Below, in pieces: positions 1 to 10,616 of a DNA stretch of 64,000 nt. How positions within the stretch are numbered: the first letter of the stretch is position 1; each line of letters opens with the position of its first letter. Below the pieces are notes generated by a model that saw nothing but the letters and a program-made list of their open reading frames with translations, made no database searches and had not been told where the DNA came from. Position numbers and translations under genes: made by a program. The DNA is taken from positions 1 through 64,000 of the IMG/VR virus record IMGVR_UViG_3300035691_000003, one strand, 5' to 3'. The DNA is from a virus.

Positions 1-132
1 CGCCGACGACGTGTTTGGACTGGTGATCATGGTTGCGATTGTACTCATCGCCTTTAGTTTTATGGATAGTTGCACAGCACGTAGACGCTATCTCGATCTG
101 CGGGATCGTCTGGAACGAATCGAACAGAAGCG

Positions 133-267
133 ATGAGCCTGCTAATCTCCATTGCCATCTTCCTCGTCGGCTTCCTCGTCGGCTATCTCTGGGCGTTGTT
201 TGAGGTGTGGGTGGATGGGCGGGAGAGGGCCGAGCGCAAACAGGAGGCTGCTGATGATGATGATTGA
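133..267 (+). CDS. Small membrane protein (44 aa)
   Basis: Manual translation MSLLISIAIFLVGFLVGYLWALFEVWVDG...; ATGA overlap with the upstream partial ORF. Confidence 0.55.
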   Translation: MSLLISIAIFLVGFLVGYLWALFEVWVDGRERAERKQEAADDDD

Positions 268-517
268 ATTTGCCGATGACGACGGCCCGGCTGCCACTCT
301 CGCCGCACTGGAGCGGGAGGTGGTGGAGGCGGCAGTCGGCTTACATGAAGCAGGCAAGCAACAAGGGTCAGGTGACACGGAATGGTTCAGTGAGGACGTA
401 ACAGCGCGGCGGCGTTCAGGTGCCGAGGCGATTTTGAATAACGCGGTAGACACCCTCCTCGCCGCCCGCGCCGCACAATCTCCTCCCGCCGACAGTAAGG
501 AAGACAGGTTTCAGTGA
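254..517 (+). CDS. Hypothetical protein
   Basis: GGAGG at 243-247 precedes ATG 254, inside ORF 152..517. Confidence 0.6.
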   Translation: MMMIEFADDDGPAATLAALEREVVEAAVGLHEAGKQQGSGDTEWFSEDVTARRRSGAEAILNNAVDTLLAARAAQSPPADSKEDRFQ

Positions 518-606
518 TCACTATCATCTTCATACTGGTGGTTTTTATCTTGGGCGTTATTCTCGCCGTGGCTCTATCGGACGACGCTGACGGGGATAGT
601 TTTTAA
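514..606 (+). CDS. Small hydrophobic peptide (30 aa)
   Basis: GTGA overlap with previous stop; MITIIFILVVFILGVILAVALSDDADGDSF. Confidence 0.4.
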   Translation: MITIIFILVVFILGVILAVALSDDADGDSF

Positions 607-639
607 GCAGGTGCAGTGAACTCGTGATACCATGCGCCG

Positions 640-2082
640 ATGGGAGGACCGGTTGTGCAAACTGAAGACGACATCCGCCGCCGCCGTGCATTTCAAGACG
701 CGCTGAACCGTGGGTTACAGGCACCAGCGTTGAAGCAGCCATCACCAACATCGTCCTTCATGCCCGGCGAATCGGCAGGTATTCCAACCGGCATCAAGCT
801 GGGTGGCATATCAAAACTCCCCGACCCACGCAACCTCGGCCTGTCGCTGCCGCAACCAGCCACCCCGCCCATCAACCTCGAAGATATGCAGCCGCCGACG
901 CCGAACGAACCAGTCGCCCCCGCCTCCAGCCCGCGCATCGGCTACTCGACCGCCGGGCTGACCGGGACCGACGCGCTGATTCAACGTCGCCGGGCACTGG
1001 AGGAGGCCGACCCTGAATCACAGGTGACAGCAGCCGGGGAAATCCTCCCACCCCGCAAGACCGGCCATCTGCGCGGTCTGGGCCAAGGTGCGCTCATCGG
1101 CCTCGGCACTGGCGACCCCGACCGGCCTCTCTACTCGCTGGGCCAGATGATAGGCGGCGCAGTCACCGGCGCAGTCTCCCCGCGCTCCGTCGCCAAGATG
1201 CAGCGGCGCTTTGACCTGGGCCAACTCGACACCGACCTGGCACGGGGGCTGAAGCTGGAGGGACTGGAGCAGGAGGTCCGTGGACCGAAGTGGGGCCAGA
1301 CCTCCACGCGGGTAGTGCGGGAAGGTGAGTATCCCGGTATCGAAGCAGGCACGGAGATTCGCGTGCGCGTCGATCCGCGTACCGGCTCCGTCACCGACAT
1401 CGTCGGACCAAACCAGAAGCCCGTCATCAGCGACCTTGCCAAGCGTCCGTCTGCTGGAGCGCCCCACTACGAGAAAGATGCTGACGGCTATATGGTGACA
1501 ATCCAGGGCGGACAGTCGAAGCGCGTGGTGGACGAGAACGGCAAGCCGCTGCAAATCAAACGTGGCAAGGACGACGAGGAGTATGTCGAAGTGACGGTCA
1601 ATGGCCGCACGTTGAAGGTCAGTCCATCGCAGGCGCTCACCTACTACGGTCAAATCGGCGCGCAGGAAACGAAGCTCACCACTGAGCAGGCGGAGCGCAA
1701 GGCGAAGGCTGAGGCGGCGCAACAGGAACTGGAGTCGTTGGAGACGGCGGAAGAAGCGGCGCGCGTGGAGAAGGACCGGGCCTATCAGACACTCGACGCC
1801 ATGCGCAAAGACCCCAATCTCGCCAAAGAAGACATCGCGCAGGCCGAAGCGGCAGCCAAGGCGGCGGACACTCAGTATCAGTCCTTCGGTGAAAAGAAAC
1901 GCGATGCCAAGCGGCGGATTACGGAGAATACAGTGGCGACACCGCCTCCAGTCTCCGCCGCCCAGCCCTACGCTGGACGGACGATGTCACGGGCCGATCT
2001 GGAACGGTACGCGAAGGACAAGGGGTTGAGTATCGAGGAAGCCGAGAAGCAGGTTCGCGCACAGGGGGTGCAGGTTCAGTGA
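640..2082 (+). CDS. Putative internal virion/ejection protein (480 aa)
   Basis: Pro-rich N-terminus, Gly-rich hydrophobic segment, coiled-coil C-terminus; lies just upstream of the large SLT-bearing protein. Confidence 0.55.
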   Translation: MGGPVVQTEDDIRRRRAFQDALNRGLQAPALKQPSPTSSFMPGESAGIPTGIKLGGISKLPDPRNLGLSLPQPATPPINLEDMQPPTPNEPVAPASSPRIGYSTAGLTGTDALIQRRRALEEADPESQVTAAGEILPPRKTGHLRGLGQGALIGLGTGDPDRPLYSLGQMIGGAVTGAVSPRSVAKMQRRFDLGQLDTDLARGLKLEGLEQEVRGPKWGQTSTRVVREGEYPGIEAGTEIRVRVDPRTGSVTDIVGPNQKPVISDLAKRPSAGAPHYEKDADGYMVTIQGGQSKRVVDENGKPLQIKRGKDDEEYVEVTVNGRTLKVSPSQALTYYGQIGAQETKLTTEQAERKAKAEAAQQELESLETAEEAARVEKDRAYQTLDAMRKDPNLAKEDIAQAEAAAKAADTQYQSFGEKKRDAKRRITENTVATPPPVSAAQPYAGRTMSRADLERYAKDKGLSIEEAEKQVRAQGVQVQ

Positions 2083-2288
2083 CATACAATCTCAGCAGTG
2101 AAGAGATGGGCTGCGCGATTGTCCACTATCTACGTGATGAAAAGAAGGTGGACGTGGACTATAAGAACATCTTCATTAACTGGAACGTGGACAATCAAGG
2201 TATCGTGACGACAACTATCCGCGTCGAGGAACAGGAACAGGTGCGGGCGCAGCGGGAAGTCGAAGCGCAGGGGGTGAGAGTGCAGTGA
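2079..2288 (+). CDS. Hypothetical protein (69 aa), possible insertion
   Basis: GTGA coupling to upstream gene; C-terminus AQGVRVQ copies upstream AQGVQVQ. Confidence 0.55.
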   Translation: MTYNLSSEEMGCAIVHYLRDEKKVDVDYKNIFINWNVDNQGIVTTTIRVEEQEQVRAQREVEAQGVRVQ

Positions 2289-2479
2289 GATGTCATCGGC
2301 TTATTCCGAACATACATTTGCATCCTGCGACTGGTGAGGCCGTTGAGGTAGGTTATGAATGCGTGGACTGCGACTTGGAAGATGACGGCCAGTGGGTTCA
2401 GGCGCAGAGCGGTGAGTATGTTTACGTGACACTCGACGCGGTGCCTACTCAGGTTTACCGAACGCGATGGGAGATGTGA
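2285..2479 (+). CDS. Hypothetical protein with CxxC (64 aa)
   Basis: Coupled ORF filling the gap; CVDC motif. Confidence 0.5.
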   Translation: MRCHRLIPNIHLHPATGEAVEVGYECVDCDLEDDGQWVQAQSGEYVYVTLDAVPTQVYRTRWEM

Positions 2480-5400
2480 GTGCCCGACAACGATCTCGAC
2501 GCTTATCTCAACCCGCTCACCGCTCCCCGCTCCCCCCGTGAGCGCGTCCACTCCATCGCCTCCCGCATCGGCCTCGACCCATCCATTGCCGACGACTACC
2601 TGAGACTTACCCGTATCGAATCCGGTCAGAATATCAACGTCCGCGACTCGCCCAAGGGAGCTAAAGGTTTCGGCCAGGTGATGCCCGACCGCCCCGGCTT
2701 GTCCACCCGCACCATCGGCAACAGGCGTTACAACCTGCGTGACCCGGATGAGAACGTCGAAGCTGGGCTGCGACTGTTTCAAGCCGGTGGCAGCGACCCG
2801 GTAGCGCGTCGGTTGGAATACTTTGGCGGCGCAGGCGCGCGACGGCAGTACCAGCGCACCGGACGCATTCCAAATATCTCCGACGGCAATATGACCGCCG
2901 CGCAATATGTCCGCGCTACCGGCGCGCAGCAATTACAGTCCCCAACCTCCGACCTCGACTCCTATCTCGACCCCGTGGAGCAGACCCCGCCTGTCAGCAG
3001 CCAGAAACGAGTTGTTCAGAATCCCCCAGCATCCCCCAAACAATCCACGACACAGTCTGCTCCACGTACTACCCCCAGCTATCGCCAGCCGTTCGCCCCG
3101 GTGTCGCCTGAGACGCAGGCTGCCATTCGCGCTGGCATCGCCGACGCCGAACGCCCACCCATCGCCCCTCCGCCCGGTCGCGCCGCCGCTCTGCTGCGCC
3201 AGTACGGGCAGACGAAGGGCGTGGAGAATGTCGTACAGCAACGTGAAGCGCAGACCCGTGCGGCAGTGGAGCAGGAGTATCGCGCGCGACGTGGGCCATA
3301 TGGCAGTCCGACTCCGACAGGGGCGCTTCACCTGATTGCTAACCCAATCGAGTCCCTCACCGGCCTGTTTCGTTCCGACGAGGAGAATATCAACCGGGAG
3401 ACGCAGGAGCGGTTGAAGCAGCAGCAGGTAGCCACTGAGCCGGAAGTCGAGTCGATTCGCAAAGAGTACGGGCAGATGTCCGCACCGGTGCGGTCGGTGG
3501 TTGCGCCACTGGCGAGAGGCGGGGCGTCACTGCTCAGCATTGCTGGAGGCTTGGCTAACCTTGGCGGAATGTTGCCGAAGGGTACTCTTCCGCCGTTGGA
3601 CAAACTCCACGACTGGGCGAAGAAGAGGGCGGCGATTATCGAGACTGGAGCATCGCTCCCGCCGCTCGCCGAGGAGCGCGGGCTAAGTTCTCTAATCACA
3701 GGTAACGCAAAGCTAAAGGAAGTCGAACGTGGCATCCCCGAGAAAGTCGCCACCGGGTTGGCCGACCTCGGCGTTGGGTTGGGCCAAATCATCCTGCTGA
3801 AGAAGGCGACGAACTTACCCTTCAACCAGCTCCTCGCCCTGGAAGCAGCGGCGAAATCAAGCGATTCACCAATCGACCAACAGCTTGGCAAAGCGGCTGA
3901 AGGGTATGCGCTTGGCTCGGCACTGGAATCAAACCTCAGTCGTGGTACAAACGCCGCCCTCTTCGGCCTCCCTACTGCCGCGCAAACTGGCTACGAAGTC
4001 AGCCAGGGCCGCATGTTGCCGCTCGACGCTGCAATTCAAACCGGCATTCAGGCGGGGGCCGGGGCAGTGTTGACGCCGTCGCGAAGAGGCAGGCCGAGCG
4101 AGGTGGCACAGGTTGAGTTGCGACCTGAGCCGCGCGTTGAAACATCGCAAAGAGACACGCAGGATACCGGTCGTCAGTTTAGGACTCTAGCTGACGTACT
4201 GGACCATGAGCGCTCGCTTCCCAAGGTGGAGCAGGATGCCTTTCGGGATGCACTGGCCGCTGATCCGGCAGTCGAAAAGGCAAACGCTGCATGGCTTGCC
4301 GGGGCTGATATGTCAGTTTTAGGCGAGGCGCACCGACGGTTTGCTGAGCGTTATTTCAACCAGAAGCCGGATACGGCAATCGAAAGGTACTTAGATGGGC
4401 CCCCAGTTCAAACCCAGCCGCCAGTGGAAACGGAACGCGCGCCGGTTGAGCCAGCCGCAATGGCGGAATCTTTGGCTCGTCCTGTTCAATCCGTGGACAG
4501 GACGGTTGGAGAGGTGGCCGCGCCCGAAGCTCCGGCCCGCTTCTTCCACCGCGACTACGGCGAAGTAATCGAATCCCCCAACCAGCGCGGCGTCAGCAAA
4601 GGTCGAGTGCGTGTTACTGCTGAGGACGGTACTGAGCACGTCATCAAGCGCAGCGCAATGACCGGTGCAGGCAATCAGCGCGCAGTGCCGATTCGCCCGG
4701 AGCCAGTTGCCGAATCTGCTCAGGCGGAATCAGCAATATCACCTGAGCGGAAAGCGCAATCCGCTCCAGTGGAAATCGAAAAGCGGTCGGAACCGGCGGC
4801 GGAATCTTCTACCACCGCCGTCAAAAACGCCGCGATGGCCTCCGACCGCGCCGCTCGCGATCTCCCCGAACTCGTCGCCGCCGAACCCCGTCGCGCCGCC
4901 GAAGTCCACCAACGCGCCCTCGACGCGAACACTCGCGACCCGCGCAGCGTGGATCGTCTCGTCGCTCAGTCTCTCACCGGCGACAAGAACCTCACCGACG
5001 TGGAAACCGCGCAACTTCGCCTCCGCGCGCAGGAGATTAAGAACCGCGAAGGTGAGCTGCTCGACGAACTCAACTCCGCCACCGACCCGCAAACCATCCG
5101 CGAGAAGCGCACTGAACTCGACTCGCTCACCGAGGAGTTCGACCAGCTTAGCCAGGCGACCAGGAAAGCAGGGACCGAGTGGGGGAGGGCCGGAGTTGCG
5201 CGCCAACAGGCCATCGACCAAGACTTCTCCCTCGTGGCAATGAAGGCGCGGCTGAAGGCGGCGAAAAGGGACGTGCTGACAGCGGCTGAGAACGCACGAG
5301 TCGAAGAACTGGAACGCAAACTTCGAGCGGCGGAGAAACGTGCCGAAGAAGCTGAACGGCAGGCAACGCAGCAAGAGTCAGCCAGCGCCGCCGACAAGTA

Positions 5401-8236
5401 CGTCAAAGAGCAGCGGGTCAAGGTGCGCAGCCAGACACGGCGCACGAAGGAGCAGTTGATTGCTGAGCGTTCGGCGCTGAAAAGCGAACTTTCAGCGTTG
5501 ATTGAAGCGCCTTCGGTGAAGGAGTTTTTACGTAATGAGAAAGGTGAGCTTGACCCCGAAAAGGCTGGGGAGCTGACACGTGTCCTGCGCGATCTTGCCC
5601 GCAACTACATCGAGGACGGAGTAACGAAAGCCGAAGAACTGGTGGATAGAATCCATGAGCATGTAAAGGATGTCAGCGACCTGACAAAGCGTGAAGTAAG
5701 CGATCTGATCTCCGGCTACGGCACAATACGTCGCGCAACCCAGAACCCGGTTGAGAGAAAACTGAATGAGATCAAGGCCATTCTTGCAGCGACTTCAGGC
5801 AGGGCTGACGTACTGGAAGAATCAATCCGCCCACTGCGTCGTGGACAGCAGCGCGAGAAACCTACCGAAGACCAACGCCGCGCGCTGCGGGAACTCAACG
5901 AGGCGATGCGTGAGCACGGCCCGGAACTGGCGCGCGAACCCTACGATCCGACAACCCGACAGGCAACTCCGCTCGACAAGGCAAAGACCACCACTCGAAA
6001 TCGCATCGAGCAACTCAACCGCTGGATCGCCGAAGGGAAACGTGAGACGCAGACCCGCACGGAAATTATTCCCGACGCAGAGCTTATTCGACTTCGCGCC
6101 GAGCGTGACGCTCTGGAGCAAACTGCGTCGCTCCTGGAAGATCCAAAGGCTGACGATCGCGCTATTGAGCAACGGGTGAAAGCGCTGGAAAAGTCACTGA
6201 CCGAGGTTCGTCAGCGGGTACAAAGCGGTCAGGTTGAGCCGAGACTGAAGACCGGCGCAAAGCAACTCTGGTCCGAAGAGATCGGGCGACTAACCAAGGA
6301 GAGGGAAGTGCTTAACGGCGTTCTCTCCGACATGCGTGCCGAGGCTAAACGTAAGGGGCGTCAGGCTACCCAGCCAGCTGAGGTCTACGGCCAGCGCATG
6401 TCATGGCAGGAGTTTGAGAAGGCGGCTCAGCGTGAGCTTAATCGACGCAAGGATCTGGACAAGCGGGCAATGGAGTACGAGCGCCGTATTCGTGAGCGGG
6501 ACTTTGCCGACAAACCAAAAGTCAAGCCGCAGTATACGCGAGAGACGATTGCGCGTACCAAGGAAGTTGATGCGCTAAAAGCCGAATACAACAAGCTGCG
6601 CTATCAGGCCACCCGCTCCTTCGGCGGCAAGCTCATCGACACCGGCGTCGGCGTTGGCAACATCCCCAAGACCCTGCTGAGCATGGCGGATGTTTCAGCA
6701 CTGCTTCGTCAGGGCGGCATCGGCTACGTGCAACACCCCGTTCTCTCCACCCGCGCCGCTCGCGACATGCTCACCGCCTTCACCAGCCACGGGTTCGCCA
6801 ACGTGGAAGAGGCCATCAAGTCCAACCCGAAATTCGACCTCGCCCGGCGCTCCGGCGTCGAGTTCACCGGCGTGGATCGCAACGACCCGCACCTGAACCG
6901 TCGCGAGGAGGGCTATCTCGGCTCCGGGGCGATTGACACACTCGCCAAGGGCCGCGCCAACCCGCTGCGTGCCATCAAAGCCGTCAAAGACTTCTCCGAA
7001 CGCACCTTCGTCTCCTTCCTCGACTCACAGCGCATGCGCATCTTCGAGCAACAAGCCCAGGCGCTGCGCGACATGGGTCTCACCGGCAAGGAGTTAGATA
7101 CAGCACTCAAGTCCCAGGCCAAATACATTAACATCATCACCGGACGCGGCTCGCTCGGCACTGAAGGCAACAAGTACGCCCCCGCGCTCAACCTCGCCAT
7201 GTTCTCTCCCCGGCTGGTGGCCTCCCGCTTCCAGTTTTTGAACAAGATGCTGAACCCGGTCGCGTGGGCCAGGATGCCCTCCGGCGCGCGTAAGCTCCAG
7301 ATGACCGACAACGTCAAATTCCTCGTCGGCACGGCGGCGGTGTTGGGACTGGCAAAAGCAGCGGGCGCAAACGTCAATCTCGACCCCGACGACGCGGACT
7401 TTCTGAAAATCAAAGTCGGCAACACTCGCTTCGACACCCTCACCGGTCTCCAGCAGCCCTTACGCTTCACCCTTCGCATGGCAAAGGCGATTCGCGGCGG
7501 CAAGACCTACAGCGGCGACCCCAAGGGCGACATTCTCGCCGACTTTGCGCGCTCCAAGGCATCCCCGGAAATCGGCCTTGGCTGGGACTTTTTCGCCGGT
7601 CAGAACCGCCTCAGCGGCAAGCGTTTCGAGCCATCCGACGTTGGCCGCAACCTCATCCCGCTGCCGCTGCAAGACTTCGCCGAATCCATCAAGGAGGACG
7701 GCGCACTGCGCGGCTCGGTCGAAGCGCTCCCCTCGCTCCTCGGCGTCGGCGTGCAGACCTACAAGGGCGCGGCGGAGAAGCCGACGACGGAGGCGGAGAA
7801 ACTGGCCCGGCGATTCCTTCGCAACAAACTGCCGGACGAAGCACGCGATCAGGAGCAAATCGACCTCGACACAAAGAAGTCGGAACTACGCGCTCGTGCG
7901 CGCCGAGGTGAGGACGTAACCAGTGATCTCGCGACACTCAAGGGCAAAATTACCGACCGCCAAGCCAAAGCCATCCTCGCCGCGCGTAATCGCACCCGGC
8001 TTCAGGAGGACGTCAACCGGCTGGGTATCAAGGACGCGCTCTTGGTCTACTCAGTGGCGAACCCGCAACAGCGGGCCGAGTTGCGTGACTTGCTCACCAA
8101 GAAAGCGCCACTAGCCGACGTGTTGCCACCCGACGAGCAGGCCAAGGTGCGCGCCAAACTGGTCGACTACGGTATCAGCGGCGGTCGCCCCGCCCGTCCA
8201 TTACGCCAATCCCGTCCGTCCCGAGCCGAGCGATGA
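2480..8236 (+). CDS. Large virion ejection protein with N-terminal SLT-type lytic transglycosylase (1918 aa)
   Basis: IESG catalytic Glu motif, SPKGAKGFGQVMP, DPDENVEAG; long helical/coiled-coil body; C-terminal DPDDADFLKIKVG segment resembling phage large polyvalent proteins. Confidence 0.8.
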   Translation: MPDNDLDAYLNPLTAPRSPRERVHSIASRIGLDPSIADDYLRLTRIESGQNINVRDSPKGAKGFGQVMPDRPGLSTRTIGNRRYNLRDPDENVEAGLRLFQAGGSDPVARRLEYFGGAGARRQYQRTGRIPNISDGNMTAAQYVRATGAQQLQSPTSDLDSYLDPVEQTPPVSSQKRVVQNPPASPKQSTTQSAPRTTPSYRQPFAPVSPETQAAIRAGIADAERPPIAPPPGRAAALLRQYGQTKGVENVVQQREAQTRAAVEQEYRARRGPYGSPTPTGALHLIANPIESLTGLFRSDEENINRETQERLKQQQVATEPEVESIRKEYGQMSAPVRSVVAPLARGGASLLSIAGGLANLGGMLPKGTLPPLDKLHDWAKKRAAIIETGASLPPLAEERGLSSLITGNAKLKEVERGIPEKVATGLADLGVGLGQIILLKKATNLPFNQLLALEAAAKSSDSPIDQQLGKAAEGYALGSALESNLSRGTNAALFGLPTAAQTGYEVSQGRMLPLDAAIQTGIQAGAGAVLTPSRRGRPSEVAQVELRPEPRVETSQRDTQDTGRQFRTLADVLDHERSLPKVEQDAFRDALAADPAVEKANAAWLAGADMSVLGEAHRRFAERYFNQKPDTAIERYLDGPPVQTQPPVETERAPVEPAAMAESLARPVQSVDRTVGEVAAPEAPARFFHRDYGEVIESPNQRGVSKGRVRVTAEDGTEHVIKRSAMTGAGNQRAVPIRPEPVAESAQAESAISPERKAQSAPVEIEKRSEPAAESSTTAVKNAAMASDRAARDLPELVAAEPRRAAEVHQRALDANTRDPRSVDRLVAQSLTGDKNLTDVETAQLRLRAQEIKNREGELLDELNSATDPQTIREKRTELDSLTEEFDQLSQATRKAGTEWGRAGVARQQAIDQDFSLVAMKARLKAAKRDVLTAAENARVEELERKLRAAEKRAEEAERQATQQESASAADKYVKEQRVKVRSQTRRTKEQLIAERSALKSELSALIEAPSVKEFLRNEKGELDPEKAGELTRVLRDLARNYIEDGVTKAEELVDRIHEHVKDVSDLTKREVSDLISGYGTIRRATQNPVERKLNEIKAILAATSGRADVLEESIRPLRRGQQREKPTEDQRRALRELNEAMREHGPELAREPYDPTTRQATPLDKAKTTTRNRIEQLNRWIAEGKRETQTRTEIIPDAELIRLRAERDALEQTASLLEDPKADDRAIEQRVKALEKSLTEVRQRVQSGQVEPRLKTGAKQLWSEEIGRLTKEREVLNGVLSDMRAEAKRKGRQATQPAEVYGQRMSWQEFEKAAQRELNRRKDLDKRAMEYERRIRERDFADKPKVKPQYTRETIARTKEVDALKAEYNKLRYQATRSFGGKLIDTGVGVGNIPKTLLSMADVSALLRQGGIGYVQHPVLSTRAARDMLTAFTSHGFANVEEAIKSNPKFDLARRSGVEFTGVDRNDPHLNRREEGYLGSGAIDTLAKGRANPLRAIKAVKDFSERTFVSFLDSQRMRIFEQQAQALRDMGLTGKELDTALKSQAKYINIITGRGSLGTEGNKYAPALNLAMFSPRLVASRFQFLNKMLNPVAWARMPSGARKLQMTDNVKFLVGTAAVLGLAKAAGANVNLDPDDADFLKIKVGNTRFDTLTGLQQPLRFTLRMAKAIRGGKTYSGDPKGDILADFARSKASPEIGLGWDFFAGQNRLSGKRFEPSDVGRNLIPLPLQDFAESIKEDGALRGSVEALPSLLGVGVQTYKGAAEKPTTEAEKLARRFLRNKLPDEARDQEQIDLDTKKSELRARARRGEDVTSDLATLKGKITDRQAKAILAARNRTRLQEDVNRLGIKDALLVYSVANPQQRAELRDLLTKKAPLADVLPPDEQAKVRAKLVDYGISGGRPARPLRQSRPSRAER

Positions 8237-10281
8237 GTCTCATCCCTGAACTAACCCCGGAGCTACAGGCGGAGTTCGGCGTCACCACCTTCGGTGAAGC
8301 GCTCCAGAAGATGCTGCCGCATCTCGGCAAGAAGTACCAGAAACAGGCGTGGCAGTTTGAGCAGGCTGTTCGTCAGCACTTCGCCCTCTCGCCTGATGAA
8401 ATCGAATCCCAAGGCGGCTGTGCCTGGGCCAAGAAGTTCTTCCCGCAATCCTTCACTCGCGACTTCACCAGCTACCAGTCCGACTTCTGGAAGTGGGGCT
8501 GGGACATCCAACCCGATGTTTACTATCGCCCGCGCGTGGAGTGCGAGCCGCGTGGGGTGGGTAAGTCAACGACGGCAGAAACCTGGCTGGTCAGCATCCT
8601 GGCCCGCAAGCGCCGCCGCACCGTCGGCTACATCTCCGGCACCGACGCCAAAGCCACCCAGCACTTCGGCGGCGTCAAACGCAAGTTGGAAAACGCCGAC
8701 CTGCTCAAAACCTATCCCCACCTCAAGCCGCAGGTGCAAAAGTATCGCAACGCCTTCAACTCCTGGTCACAGGATCGGCTCGTCACCGACGGGGGCCAGA
8801 CCATCATCCCCATCACCTTGCAAGGCTCCAATCGCGGCTTCAAGTCAGAAGATGACATCCGCTTCGACCTGCTCATCTTCGACGACATCGACTCGCTTGG
8901 TGAGAGCATCGACGTGATCATGAAGAACATCGAGCTAATCAAGTCGGAAATCATCCTCGCCGGTTACGCCAACACGCTCAGCGTCGTCTTCCAGAACCTC
9001 ATCCACCGCGATTCCATCGTCACGCAGATTATGGACCATCGGGCTGACGTGTTGAACGACCGCGACTTCCACGGCCCCTACCCGCTGATGAAGTGGTACG
9101 ACGCCGAACGGCTGGACCTCCCTGATGGGGGTAAGCGCTGGACCATCACGGCGGGAGAACCCTACGACCCGGCTATCTCCAAGGAATACGCGGAATCGAT
9201 CCTCAACCAAATCGGCAAAGACCTGTTCGACCGTGAGTGCCAGCAGGATGTCTACAAGGTCGCCGAGGACAAGGACTTTCGCGAGTGGGACGAGGTCTAT
9301 CACATCATCACCCAGTCGGAGATGGTGCGTGGGTTTGCGCAGGTGAAACTCCGCGACGAGAACGGGTTCTTCATCCCTTCCCGCTGGCATGTAGGCCGGG
9401 GATTTGATTTTGGTACGACGAGAGGACACCCATCAGCGATAGCCTATGTCACGCGACCCGATCAGACATGTCCCCTCGATGACTGCCACTTCGTCTTCGC
9501 TGAAGTTGTCGCACCAAAGTTTCCTTTTGATCCCTCACTGGCAAGTGAAGTGGTCAGCCCTGGTCGCGTGGCCCATGCGCTGAAAGTCACCGAGCGCAAC
9601 TTCCGCATCCACTCGTCGCAAATCGAGCAGTCGAAGATGTCGCACGAGGCGAGTGCTGCAAAAAATACCCTGATGCTCGACCTTCCCGAAGAACTCACCA
9701 CCTTCTTTAATAAGTGGAAGGCGGCGAAAGGCTCCGGCGTCCCGCAAATCCAGAACATGCTGGAAATCGACCGGACGAAGCCGCACCCCTTCCGCGTCTA
9801 CCCCGCTGGTCATAAACATGCCGGGATGCCGCTGATGGGCCGTCCGCGCCTCTACTTCGTAGTCGCCGACAATCAGGGCGAACTCTACTGCGACGGTGAC
9901 GGCAAGGTGCGCGTGCGCGGGGCGACTGACTCCGCCGGACTGGCCCGTTGTCGTTACGAGATGCCGCTCTACTCGCACCGCAACACCGGCAAGAAGAAGA
10001 TTGATGATGACTTCGTGGACGGGTTGCGCGGGCTGATGTCCACCTTTGGCGTTCACGCTGACGCACTCACCGAGCAGGAGGAAGTCGTCGCCGCGACCCC
10101 GGAGAAGTATCGCGCGGAGAACGTGTTTGGCGAGCACTACACGCAGGAGAAGGAGATGGCTTACAACTACGCCACCGCCGTTATCAAGCAGCGTCTGCAA
10201 ACCCCGCGTGTCATCACCTTTGATGAATTCAACCAACCTACCACGCGGGAAAATGATGAACTTGCCGAGTCGCTGTGGTAG
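8233..10281 (+). CDS. terL: Terminase large subunit
   Basis: Walker A PRGVGKST, Walker B LLIFDDID, FDRECQQ, RNase H-like GFDFG motif and late DDFVDG. Confidence 0.9.
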   Translation: MSLIPELTPELQAEFGVTTFGEALQKMLPHLGKKYQKQAWQFEQAVRQHFALSPDEIESQGGCAWAKKFFPQSFTRDFTSYQSDFWKWGWDIQPDVYYRPRVECEPRGVGKSTTAETWLVSILARKRRRTVGYISGTDAKATQHFGGVKRKLENADLLKTYPHLKPQVQKYRNAFNSWSQDRLVTDGGQTIIPITLQGSNRGFKSEDDIRFDLLIFDDIDSLGESIDVIMKNIELIKSEIILAGYANTLSVVFQNLIHRDSIVTQIMDHRADVLNDRDFHGPYPLMKWYDAERLDLPDGGKRWTITAGEPYDPAISKEYAESILNQIGKDLFDRECQQDVYKVAEDKDFREWDEVYHIITQSEMVRGFAQVKLRDENGFFIPSRWHVGRGFDFGTTRGHPSAIAYVTRPDQTCPLDDCHFVFAEVVAPKFPFDPSLASEVVSPGRVAHALKVTERNFRIHSSQIEQSKMSHEASAAKNTLMLDLPEELTTFFNKWKAAKGSGVPQIQNMLEIDRTKPHPFRVYPAGHKHAGMPLMGRPRLYFVVADNQGELYCDGDGKVRVRGATDSAGLARCRYEMPLYSHRNTGKKKIDDDFVDGLRGLMSTFGVHADALTEQEEVVAATPEKYRAENVFGEHYTQEKEMAYNYATAVIKQRLQTPRVITFDEFNQPTTRENDELAESLW

Positions 10282-10282
10282 G

Positions 10283-10555
10283 ATGCTGGACGTGGCGGTA
10301 CAGTTCAGCAACATCAACGACCTGAAACAGCAACCGGCGCAGACTCGTTCCCGGCGGCATCGCGTGCAGTATCCGCGCCCGGACAAAGCGGAAACCGACC
10401 GGCTGGTTCGTCAGGGTGAGACGGCCTACAAGAAGCGCGGCTATAGCGACGCCGGGGCTGAGGCCGAAGCCGAGAAGGATTTTCAACTGGCGGAGATACT
10501 ACGCAAGCGCCGCCGCTTCCCAAAGGACTTGGACAACCTTGGCACGCCGAACTAA
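10283..10555 (+). CDS. Hypothetical basic protein
   Basis: ATG 2 nt after terL stop, within ORF 10046..10555. Confidence 0.6.
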   Translation: MLDVAVQFSNINDLKQQPAQTRSRRHRVQYPRPDKAETDRLVRQGETAYKKRGYSDAGAEAEAEKDFQLAEILRKRRRFPKDLDNLGTPN

Positions 10556-10616
10556 CGCCGCGCAGACCTTCGGTAGCTTCCCGCAGCCGATGCGAAAACA
10601 GATGGAGGGTGGGCCG

